NCBI GenBank assembly: GCA_016188245.1
Contig: JACPIE010000028.1
Coordinates: forward strand, 5,704 to 69,703
Reading direction: 5' to 3'
DNA from: Candidatus Woesearchaeota archaeon
GTDB taxonomy: Archaea; Nanobdellota; Nanobdellia; Woesearchaeales; GW2011-AR4
DNA: 64,000 nt
Of this stretch, positions 27,319 through 35,305 are shown piece after piece (the first letter of the stretch is position 1; every line of letters begins with the position of its first letter). Made by a program: the position numbers and the translations under genes. The notes beneath the pieces are model-generated. The model was not told the origin of the DNA, searched no databases, and was given only the letters and a program-made list of their open reading frames with translations.

Positions 27319-28665
27319 TTATGACGTTGCATCTTTCTTGGGTTTTTCCGCCTTTTTGCCTTTTCCTTTGTTTTGGTTCATCATCCAAGCTTTTTTTGTC
27401 GTGTATTGGGCCGGATTCCGTATCCTCTGGCAGAAACTGTCGGGCTTGCATACCCCAATCCCAACCATATACGCTTCATTGCTGCAGTTTGGAGGCAAAA
27501 CTTTCTTGTGGCTTTGCTTGTGGTACCTCAGCTGCCCCATAAGGTAAACTTCCCTTAACGGCTCCCTGTTTTTTGAATTCCATTCATTGAGCTTTTTTTC
27601 TATGGCATCATAGCCCCATCCTATTGAAGTGAAATAATTAAGCAGGACAAGCAATGCCCTTTTTCTTCCGTCCTCCAATCCGTTGAGTATGAGCTTCACA
27701 CACGGCGGGAACAGCTCTTCAGGCAACGCATTTTCAGGTGCTGCAAACTCTTTTTTTCCGCCAAGCTTGACCTCTTCATGCCTGATTCCAAAATCCAAGG
27801 CTTCCATCAGCAGCCCTTTTGCCTCATCGCTTTTGGCATTCTCCCTTGCAAGAAACACATGCCTGCTTATCCTGACATTTTTTGGAGCCGCAAGCTCCTT
27901 CCTGAAAAGCAAGACTTTTTCAGGATTTAATGGCGTTGAAGCCAATCCAGACTTTTCATGCAGGGAGTACGGCATCCTGTACAAGTGCCTTGAGGAAATA
28001 AGCAAAGTGTCTATGTTCAGGAACGGCTCGGCATTCAGTGCCCTGTTTTTGTTAATGTAGTAAGTTATTTCATTTGCGTTTTTGCCAGTCTTTTTCATTA
28101 TGGCATTAAAGTCATTATTTTCAAAGCCCATTATCTTTTCCCCAAGCGGCTTTTTTATCATCTCCTTTATGTACAGCGCAATCTGCCTTGGGGCATCGGG
28201 AAACAGCTTTTTTGTGCCTTCATTCCTTATCTTCTCAGGGAAAGCCTCAAAAGGCACCCCTATATGGAACCCCTTGTTGCCTGAGAACTTGCATGAAATC
28301 GATTTTATGCCGTGAAACTTCAAAGCCTTTACAATCAAATCAGCGGCTATTTTCGAATATTCAAAAAATCCGCAGTCTATGTCAAGAACCAAGTCCCACC
28401 CGGACCTTAAATTGTCAAGCTCATGCTTCTTCATCGAAGTGTCAAGCTGCAAAGGGTTTCTCCAAAGCTCTTCAGATGCGTGAAAAGAAGTTGCGCCCTG
28501 CTTGGCAAGCTCAAGAATATCGCCCGAATGCCTCAGCACGTCAGGCCTTTTGCCGAAATTATCGCTGAATTTGACTGCAATTTCCCTGTCTTTGGAATTT
28601 GCAATTATCCCTTCCCGGATATCTTCCCTTTTGTAATAGCTTAAAGAAACATTTAAAGGAATCAT
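27319..28665 (-). CDS. DNA primase, fused small (PriS) and large-subunit C-terminal (PriL-like) domains
   Basis: N-terminal catalytic motifs DLVLDIDC and SGNKGFHIGVPF. The C-terminal ELFPPCVKLILNGLEDGRKRALLVLLNYFTSIGW and Cys-rich end resemble the PriL CTD. Lys-rich tail. Confidence 0.7.
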   Translation of the reverse strand: MIPLNVSLSYYKREDIREGIIANSKDREIAVKFSDNFGKRPDVLRHSGDILELAKQGATSFHASEELWRNPLQLDTSMKKHELDNLRSGWDLVLDIDCGFFEYSKIAADLIVKALKFHGIKSISCKFSGNKGFHIGVPFEAFPEKIRNEGTKKLFPDAPRQIALYIKEMIKKPLGEKIMGFENNDFNAIMKKTGKNANEITYYINKNRALNAEPFLNIDTLLISSRHLYRMPYSLHEKSGLASTPLNPEKVLLFRKELAAPKNVRISRHVFLARENAKSDEAKGLLMEALDFGIRHEEVKLGGKKEFAAPENALPEELFPPCVKLILNGLEDGRKRALLVLLNYFTSIGWGYDAIEKKLNEWNSKNREPLREVYLMGQLRYHKQSHKKVLPPNCSNEAYMVGIGVCKPDSFCQRIRNPAQYTTKKAWMMNQNKGKGKKAEKPKKDATS

Positions 28666-28706
28666 AGCCCTGGGTATGTTTTTTGTTATTTAAGGCTTTT
28701 GCAGCA

Positions 28707-29093
28707 ATGTTTAAAAAGAATAAGCCAGCACGAAAGCCAATGGACAGGAAGTTAGAAGATTTCAACAGCCTTGTTGAAAAAATAAAAGATTTGGATACTC
28801 CTGTCATTGTTGAAGGCAAGAAAGACAGGGCAGCATTGGAAAAATTCGGCATCAGGAACATAATTGAGCTCAATAAAAAGCCATTGTTCCAGATTATCGA
28901 GGAAATTTCAAGCTCAAATAATGAATGTATTATCCTGACTGACCTGGACAAAGAGGGAAAAGAGATATACGGAAAGCTGAATTCAGGCCTGCAAAAGCAC
29001 GGCACCAAAGTTAACAATAAACTGAGGAATTTCCTGTTTAAAAATACGAAGCTCAGGCAGATTGAAGGAATCGGCTCTTATTTTGGAATATAA
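28707..29093 (+). CDS. Small Toprim domain protein
   Basis: VIVEGKKDRAALEKFGI and ILTDLDKEGKEI supply the Toprim E and DxD motifs. Track start is TTG; ATG is at 28707. Confidence 0.65.
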   Translation: MFKKNKPARKPMDRKLEDFNSLVEKIKDLDTPVIVEGKKDRAALEKFGIRNIIELNKKPLFQIIEEISSSNNECIILTDLDKEGKEIYGKLNSGLQKHGTKVNNKLRNFLFKNTKLRQIEGIGSYFGI

Positions 29094-29134
29094 GCATTAA
29101 GTTTTTAAATAAAAACGCATTATACAATCACAAG

Positions 29135-29980
29135 ATGACAATAAAAAATCAGCTGAAAACAGCCATACTGCTTGCGCTGCTAACATCCATTCTGCTGTGG
29201 ATTGGCAGCCTGTTCGGAAAAGCAGGATTCTATTTTGCATTGATATTTGTGGGACTGATGAATTTTGGCTCTTATTGGTTTTCTGATAGGATTGTGCTTT
29301 GGATGTACAGGGCAAAAGAGGCAAAGCAAAGCGAATATCCAAATTTTTACAAGATTGTGAAGGAAATTTCTAAATTAAGCGGATTGCCAATGCCTAAAGT
29401 TTATGTTATTCCGACAAATTCGCCGAACGCCTTCGCAACAGGAAGGAACCCTGGTCATGCAGCAGTTGCAGCAACGGAAGGCATCCTGAAACTGCTGAAC
29501 GAGGAAGAGCTTAAAGGCGTTATCTCCCATGAATTTGCCCACATCAAGAACCGGGATATCTTAATTTCAACAGTTGCAGGAACAATTGCAGGAATCATCT
29601 CTTACATAGCCAATATGTTCATGTGGAGCGCAATTTTTGGCGGCAGGGACGATGACAACAGGGGCAACATAATCAGCTTATTGGTATTGGCAATACTCAC
29701 CCCAATAATCGCTTCATTAATCCAGCTTGCAATTTCAAGAAGCAGGGAATATCTTGCTGACGAGACTGGAGCAAAAACCGTAAAAAATGGAAATTCTCTT
29801 GCAGATGCCTTGGAGAAAATAGAGAAGAATGTCGACGCAAATCCATTAAGGTTTGGGAACCAGTCAACAGCGCATTTATTCATATCCAACCCGTTCAGAG
29901 GGCAGGCGCTCATGGCATTGTTCATGACGCACCCGAGCACCAAAGAGCGCACCCAAAGGCTCAGGGCAATGAAATTTTAG
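29135..29980 (+). CDS. htpX: Zinc metalloprotease HtpX (peptidase M48)
   Basis: NAFATG, HEFAHIKNRD (HExxH), EYLADETGA and THPSTKERTQRL. Confidence 0.85.
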   Translation: MTIKNQLKTAILLALLTSILLWIGSLFGKAGFYFALIFVGLMNFGSYWFSDRIVLWMYRAKEAKQSEYPNFYKIVKEISKLSGLPMPKVYVIPTNSPNAFATGRNPGHAAVAATEGILKLLNEEELKGVISHEFAHIKNRDILISTVAGTIAGIISYIANMFMWSAIFGGRDDDNRGNIISLLVLAILTPIIASLIQLAISRSREYLADETGAKTVKNGNSLADALEKIEKNVDANPLRFGNQSTAHLFISNPFRGQALMALFMTHPSTKERTQRLRAMKF

Positions 29981-30960
29981 GCTTTTTTCCTGCTTTTCTT
30001 CTTCGGCTTAATTGAGGATTCTTTAATCACTTCTTTTTGCGCTGATTTTTTCTTTCGGGCAAATGTATAGATCTTCCCGGCTATACCTATAGATAAAAAC
30101 ACAATTCCCAAAATTATTATTGCATGAGTATAGGTTCTCAGAAACAAAAGAAGAGCCACACTTATCAGCGCTTTTGGCTCAATGCCAAACCCTTCTCCAA
30201 ACATGTTCCCGAGGATTGATGTTGTGTCTATCCCGACAAAATTGTCATAAATGACTATCACCATGTACGGCAGCATTATAAAAATTCCGATATTCAAAGA
30301 AATGCCTGCCAATTCCAAAACAAACAATTTTACGTCCATCAACAACAAATACAGCAAAATCAGCAGTATAAGTATGGCGGCAAAATAGACAAGCTTATTG
30401 TTGCTTAAATAATTCATGAATTTAGCATAGCCTTCAAAAACCCCGCTATCCGGAATTTGGCCCGGCATTGCCCCTCCAACAACATCAAAGAAAAACTCCC
30501 TGTCATTTATTTTGCCGGACTTGTAATCCTTGCACAAGCTTCCTATCTTGCTCAAATCAGGTAGCAATGAACTTTTCTGCATTTTATTGCATTGGTTTTC
30601 AATCTCCCCTGATTCTATTTTGCTGCAGCTCTCTCTCACTCTGGCTTCATTTTCAATTTTGGCATTGCTTTTTTTTAGCTCCCGGTAACCTGCACAATCC
30701 TCTTTCATTGACTCAAGCAGGCTTCTGTTGGCGCAAATCTGGCTTATGGTTACCAAGTTTCCCTGCTCCAGCGATGAGCATGACTCTGCCAACTGGCCAA
30801 TTACTTGCTTTTGGGCATCGGGCGAGGCGTATGCAAAAATGTCCCCAAAAATTCCCTTAATCAGGTCCGGAAAATCAAAAGCTACTGAAGAAAAAATCAA
30901 TGTCGCGACAACTAAAACAATAAGAGATTTGACTATTGATATGGGGAATTTTTTTACCAT
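29977..30960 (-). CDS. Polytopic membrane protein with Cys-rich extracytoplasmic domain and Lys-rich tail
   Basis: N-terminal TM, about 150-aa soluble Cys-containing segment, 4-5 TM segments, KKKSRKKA tail. Start overlaps the upstream NTase gene by 7 nt. Confidence 0.35.
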   Translation of the reverse strand: MVKKFPISIVKSLIVLVVATLIFSSVAFDFPDLIKGIFGDIFAYASPDAQKQVIGQLAESCSSLEQGNLVTISQICANRSLLESMKEDCAGYRELKKSNAKIENEARVRESCSKIESGEIENQCNKMQKSSLLPDLSKIGSLCKDYKSGKINDREFFFDVVGGAMPGQIPDSGVFEGYAKFMNYLSNNKLVYFAAILILLILLYLLLMDVKLFVLELAGISLNIGIFIMLPYMVIVIYDNFVGIDTTSILGNMFGEGFGIEPKALISVALLLFLRTYTHAIIILGIVFLSIGIAGKIYTFARKKKSAQKEVIKESSIKPKKKSRKKA

Positions 30961-31472
30961 GAGCCCTCCTGCACAATTCCGTTTAATAAATTTGCCTTGA
31001 ATTCTTCGCTTATTTTGCCTAAACTTACTTCATGCACGCTTATTGCCTTTTTTAATATATTTTCATATTTTGACAAATCCAAATTTAATCTCTTGCTTGT
31101 TATGACAGCAATACCTATGTCTGATTTTTCGATGTCTTCTCCTCTTGAGAAGCTTCCAAACAAGATGATTGTTTTTGGCTGGTTGTATGATTCGGAAAGG
31201 CAGTCTATGATGCCTGATCGGTATATCAGCTCCAAATTATGCAGTCTTTTAAGCCTTGCAAAATCAATGTTTTCCCTGTTTGCAAAAACCTTTGTTATTA
31301 CCTTGCCCTTTTCCTTTATTATTAACCTCTCTTTTGCTAATCTGTCTGTTGCAGAAATGATGGTTGGCATGGATAATTTTAATATTCTGGAAAGCTCTCT
31401 AAGATGGAATTCCCTTGATGGATTATCAAAAAATACCGCTAAAACCTTCTGTATGGTAGATTTTTCTATCAT
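30954..31472 (-). CDS. Winged-helix + minimal nucleotidyltransferase (MNT-like) protein
   Basis: N-terminal FHLRELSRILKLSMPTIISATDRL is wHTH-like. ILFGSFSRGEDIEKSDIGIAV matches the GSxxRGxxxxxSDID NTase motif. Confidence 0.6.
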   Translation of the reverse strand: MIEKSTIQKVLAVFFDNPSREFHLRELSRILKLSMPTIISATDRLAKERLIIKEKGKVITKVFANRENIDFARLKRLHNLELIYRSGIIDCLSESYNQPKTIILFGSFSRGEDIEKSDIGIAVITSKRLNLDLSKYENILKKAISVHEVSLGKISEEFKANLLNGIVQEGSW

Positions 31473-31655
31473 TTGATAGATAAAAGTATCAATTGATATT
31501 TAAAACTATCGGTTTAATAAAGGACATAAAAATTTCTGAAAATTACCACCCTTCCTTGCCATATCTTTGAAAAATTTACTCTCTTATCAACTTTTATTTT
31601 TTCTTTCATTATAAATAAAAGTATTATTGAATGTATAAATGTTTTGGTTAGACAG

Positions 31656-31993
31656 AAAAGTTCGTGAAACGTACAATATTAAACGAGCTTTTTTCCCTCG
31701 TAAATTTTGTCCTCGTGAGGATTTTTTTGAGGCAGCCCACAAAAAATCCGAAACAGAGCTGACAAAATTTTCAGAGCTGGAAAAAAGTTAAGTTGAGTGA
31801 AGCGAAGCTACGAAGTGGCGAGCGGAACGAACCGTTTAATATGTGTTATATTCTTTTCCCATGCGTAGTGTGGGAAAACTGCGTCCGCAGACTTTTTCTG
31901 CGCCCAAGTGTGTTTGAGGCGACTTTTATGTAAGAAAAGGGCGTATAATCTACAGAGATTATGCGTAGGCTCAAATAGGATAATGAGGTTAGA
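31656..31993 (+). repeat. Left copy of a block-conserved inverted element (blocks A-D), expanded by hairpin insertions; possible structured ncRNA
   Basis: Blocks AAAAGTTCGTGAAAC (31656-31670), GTGTTATATTC (31843-31853), ACTTTTTCTGCGCCC (31891-31905) and GGATAATGAGGTTAGA (31978-31993) recur in the same order, reverse-complemented, at 38428-38525. The spacers fold into stems, including a 10-bp stem with one G-U pair at 31942-31965. TATAAAT lies at about 31634-31640. Confidence 0.5.
31676..31842. repeat. 167-nt hairpin-forming insertion bounded by 10-nt perfect inverted repeats (MITE-like or inserted RNA helix)
   Basis: ATATTAAACG (31676-31685) pairs with CGTTTAATAT (31833-31842). Inside is a three-tier nested stem: CTTTTTTCC/GGAAAAAAG, AAATTTTGTC/GACAAAATTT and GGATTTTTT/AAAAAATCC (31688-31787). 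Absent from the right copy, where blocks A and B are 2 nt apart. Confidence 0.5.
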
Positions 31994-32068
31994 TACTAGA
32001 GTACTTACGTTAGGCGAACTTTCCCAAATTAAGAAAATTTATAAATCAAAAAATCTTCTTTTTTGTTA

Positions 32069-32749
32069 ATGACAAATACTAAATGGAAAGCTTTTGAGGA
32101 ACTTGTCAAAAAAATTTATGATATATTCCTATCAGAATACGATAAAAATGTTAAGCACGATATTAAAATTAAAGGAAAATCTGGGCTGGAACATCAAATT
32201 GATGTTTTTGTTGAAATTTTTATGCCAATTCTAACAATTAAAGACATAATAGACTGTAAACATTGGAATAGCAGAGTTAAAAAATCTGACGTAAAAGAAA
32301 TTTATACTACTAGGGATGAGGTCAATGCTAATAGGGCTACAATAATTTCTCGTAAGGGATTTCAAAGTGGTGCAATTCAGTTTGCTAAATTTAACGGGAT
32401 TAATTTATATAAAATTCTGAAACCAGAAGAATTGGGATTGCACACTGCTGTTTTTAAGGTAGAAGGCATAAAAGAAGAAGTCATTAAACTTAATGTTCAA
32501 TTAGAAGCTGAAAATCCCGAACAATTAAATCAATTATTTTCAAAATTTCATAAGAAGAAAAATTATAATGAGGTCACGATTTATAACCAAAAAGGAGAAG
32601 CGATAGCAAATGTTTTCGATTTGATGGATGATGCTTTTAGTCATTTGCGAAAAATTCCAGAACCAGGTTTAGAATCTACGACAAGGTTTTTAAATAGTTA
32701 CATGATAATAGATGGCAAGAAAAGAAAGGTTAACTTTATTGAAATATGA
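32069..32749 (+). CDS. Restriction endonuclease-like protein (Mrr_cat type PD-(D/E)xK N-terminal domain + unknown C-terminal domain)
   Basis: WKAFEELVKKIY, GKSGLEHQIDVFVE, IIDCKHW and ATIISRKGFQSGAIQFAKFNGINLY follow the Mrr catalytic-domain pattern. Track start is TTG; ATG is at 32069. Confidence 0.6.
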   Translation: MTNTKWKAFEELVKKIYDIFLSEYDKNVKHDIKIKGKSGLEHQIDVFVEIFMPILTIKDIIDCKHWNSRVKKSDVKEIYTTRDEVNANRATIISRKGFQSGAIQFAKFNGINLYKILKPEELGLHTAVFKVEGIKEEVIKLNVQLEAENPEQLNQLFSKFHKKKNYNEVTIYNQKGEAIANVFDLMDDAFSHLRKIPEPGLESTTRFLNSYMIIDGKKRKVNFIEI

Positions 32750-32879
32750 ATTCAAAAGAGACCAATAAAAACAGAGAGATCTCAAGACATTAAAAATATA
32801 AAATTGCTCATAAACGATGTAGTTAATAACAAAATGTTTCTTGTTGAAAAACCAATTGGATTTGATTTGTTGGAAAAGG

Positions 32880-33647
32880 ATGGAATTTAAATGGGTAGTG
32901 AATAAAGAGGATATAGAAAGATTAAATAATTTCGTAGATAAATTTAAAGGAAATAATTTTGTGAAAGGTAGGGTTAAGAGGAACTTATCCGACAGTATAC
33001 CTCAATTTACTGAATCTGAATTTTGGAAATGGATGATTGGCTGCCTCTTGACAACACAACAGAGATCTGGTCCAAACAGCAGAATTTCTAAATTCTTAAT
33101 AATCACCCCTTTCCCCTTAAGCTATGATTCTTGTAAAAAGACTAAAAATCTTAAGAATTATTCATATGAGGTGCTTACCAAATCAAGAGGAATAAGAAGA
33201 ACAAACAAAATCAGTGAAGAAATTAAATTTAATTTTGATTGGTTGGTGAATGATGGTTGGGAAAAGATTATCAACATTTCAGAAAAGCTTATGGAAGCGA
33301 GGAAACAAAAGCCTTCAACAGAAAACATTAAGGTAGAACGAGAAGCATGCTTACTTGTTCAAGATTTGAAGGGGATAGGACCTAAGCAATCAAGGAATTT
33401 ATGGCAGGCTATGGGTTTAACAAGATATGAGATACCAATTGATAGCAGAATTATAAAATGGTTAAATAAAAATGAATTTCCATTTACTTTATCACCATCT
33501 GGATTATCGGATGAGAACTATTATCAGATGTTAATGGGGGGTATACAGGAATGGTGTGAAAGAGCGGATATTTTTCCTTGCATTTTTGATGCAGCAATAT
33601 TCTCAAGCTATGATGAAGAATGGCCAGAAGATTATGAACTTTGGTGA
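32880..33647 (+). CDS. HhH-GPD superfamily DNA glycosylase-like protein
   Basis: LKGIGPKQSRNLWQAMGLTRYEIPIDSRIIKWL is a helix-hairpin-helix plus a downstream Asp, as in EndoIII/OGG/AGOG enzymes. Track start is TTG; ATG is at 32880. Confidence 0.5.
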   Translation: MEFKWVVNKEDIERLNNFVDKFKGNNFVKGRVKRNLSDSIPQFTESEFWKWMIGCLLTTQQRSGPNSRISKFLIITPFPLSYDSCKKTKNLKNYSYEVLTKSRGIRRTNKISEEIKFNFDWLVNDGWEKIINISEKLMEARKQKPSTENIKVEREACLLVQDLKGIGPKQSRNLWQAMGLTRYEIPIDSRIIKWLNKNEFPFTLSPSGLSDENYYQMLMGGIQEWCERADIFPCIFDAAIFSSYDEEWPEDYELW

Positions 33648-33674
33648 ATATTAAAATTAATTTTTTCAGAAAAA

Positions 33675-34247
33675 ATGAAAAATAAAAAACTCACAATTGA
33701 AGAAAATATAAAAAAATTAAATTATTTTACTAGTATAGCTAAGGAAGCCGAGAAATCTGAGGATTTTCCAACAAAATTGGGTGCCTTGACTATTTATGCC
33801 GGAATGGTGGATTTCTCTGCTATACAAGCAGCAAAAGTTCTCGAACAAGTAATACTAAAATCACAGATAAAATTAAACAAAAGACCCTCATTTAAACCAA
33901 AATCTGATGAATATTTTTATAATTTTCAAGTCCCTAGCAGAAGAATAGGTAGAGTAATAAGCTCTCATTTACCTTTCAGACCCTTAGCTGGAACTAATGA
34001 AGAAAAAGCTCAGGAAATTACTTCTAAAGCTAAAAAATTTTTAGAATCACTGAATAACTTTCTTAATTATCGGAACACTCTGGTTCACCATTTAGGAAAT
34101 TCTAAGTTTAGTAAAGAATATTTATACGAACTACTAAATAAAGCAATATCAAAGTACAAAGAATATGTTATGGCTCATGAAGAATTTATGGACATAATAG
34201 CACCCTACACTCTTACTAAAGAACAAAGAGAAGAACTTTACAAATAG
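33675..34247 (+). CDS. Hypothetical all-helical protein with HEPN-like RNxxxH motif
   Basis: 190 aa; LNYRNTLVHHLGN fits the R-N-x3-H motif of HEPN RNases. No other recognisable feature. Confidence 0.35.
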   Translation: MKNKKLTIEENIKKLNYFTSIAKEAEKSEDFPTKLGALTIYAGMVDFSAIQAAKVLEQVILKSQIKLNKRPSFKPKSDEYFYNFQVPSRRIGRVISSHLPFRPLAGTNEEKAQEITSKAKKFLESLNNFLNYRNTLVHHLGNSKFSKEYLYELLNKAISKYKEYVMAHEEFMDIIAPYTLTKEQREELYK

Positions 34248-34332
34248 AAAATTAGAAAAGATGATATTACTATTATCAATTCAGCTATTATGTTCTCAAA
34301 AATGCCATCTAAAGTTATCATTTTTAGTTAAA

Positions 34333-34995
34333 TCAACCTATATAATCTGGCTTTTCTTTCTTGTTTTTTCTCTCTTGATATTTTCTAATGAAATATCTTA
34401 TTAACCAACGTGAGCCTGCGTATATTGTACATATTAAAGTCAATAGCGTTGTCCATGTCACAAAAAAGGTCAATTTATTTGTGAAATCTTTAGAGCTTTC
34501 AATAATGTAATCCAAGAGTGAAGGATCAGGAATTCGGATAAAATTATAGTAAGTTCCATTAAATCCAACATAAAGCCATGTAGGAATTGTCCGGATTTGT
34601 ATTGTGGTAGTCCCATTAACTAATTTTAGATTTTTTTCATGTAGTTCTTTTCCATTGCCAAAATCATAATACAAATCAGCAGAACAATCTTGGCATGGAA
34701 CACAAACAGGTTCAAAACTACTACATAAGTTTAACGTGATATGTAGCAAATCTCTTTCGCCAAAATTTTCATTATATGCTGCATCAATGTTATATGCTGG
34801 TACTATAGACATCATGCCGGGAATTGGAATCGCTACTCTATCTCCACTCCACCATAAAAATTGCTGATAAAAGAGAAGAGAAACCATCACGAATGAAAGA
34901 AATGCCGTCAGTAAAATTCTTTTTTCTGTAGGAATACCTCTAACAAACTCGTGCATTTTCTCAGCATTGGTTTTATATTTCTTCTTTTTCTTCAT
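34333..34995 (-). CDS. Hypothetical bitopic membrane protein with Cys-rich extracytoplasmic domain
   Basis: 220 aa; TM near the N-terminus and TM near the C-terminus; CSSFEPVCVPCQDCS cluster. Last gene of a 3-gene minus-strand cassette. Confidence 0.35.
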   Translation of the reverse strand: MKKKKKYKTNAEKMHEFVRGIPTEKRILLTAFLSFVMVSLLFYQQFLWWSGDRVAIPIPGMMSIVPAYNIDAAYNENFGERDLLHITLNLCSSFEPVCVPCQDCSADLYYDFGNGKELHEKNLKLVNGTTTIQIRTIPTWLYVGFNGTYYNFIRIPDPSLLDYIIESSKDFTNKLTFFVTWTTLLTLICTIYAGSRWLIRYFIRKYQERKNKKEKPDYIG

Positions 34996-35296
34996 TTATG
35001 TATTCTAGAGCTCTTTTTTTATTCCATTTATGTACTCCTTTTTCTTTAAATTCCACTAATAATGTTGTATTACTAAAATATCGTCCACAAGTATATGCTA
35101 ATAAAACTAAAACAATTATAAAAAAAGGGTATATGACCCAAGTTTCTCCACTTAAGATGGCTCTTAAAAAATCAAAAAAAGTTATGATAAGTACAACTAA
35201 AAAACTAACCATAAAAGCTTGATAAACACTCAACTGTCTCTTTAATTCTGATAATTTTGATTTTTTTACAATATTTAGCATTTTTTCTGCATTCAT
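34973..35296 (-). CDS. Hypothetical small membrane protein (2 TM)
   Basis: 107 aa; overlaps the downstream gene by 23 nt and lies 9 nt after the upstream gene. Confidence 0.3.
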   Translation of the reverse strand: MNAEKMLNIVKKSKLSELKRQLSVYQAFMVSFLVVLIITFFDFLRAILSGETWVIYPFFIIVLVLLAYTCGRYFSNTTLLVEFKEKGVHKWNKKRALEYINEEKEEI

Positions 35297-35305
35297 TTGT
35301 CAAAA

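Noticed and set aside
28559-29017. 152-aa minus-strand ORF spanning the primase start and the Toprim gene.
   Set aside because: It overlaps two motif-supported genes on both strands, and its translation is low-complexity (F/S/L-rich).
31656-31993. Possibility that the structured left boundary element is RNase P RNA or SRP RNA.
   Set aside because: Neither strand shows the universal RNase P CR-I/CR-V motifs (the best is GGGAAAGUUCGCC on the minus strand, without a matching P4 partner). Neither shows the SRP helix 8 / GNAR features, and the existence of a 98-nt inverted second copy does not fit either RNA.
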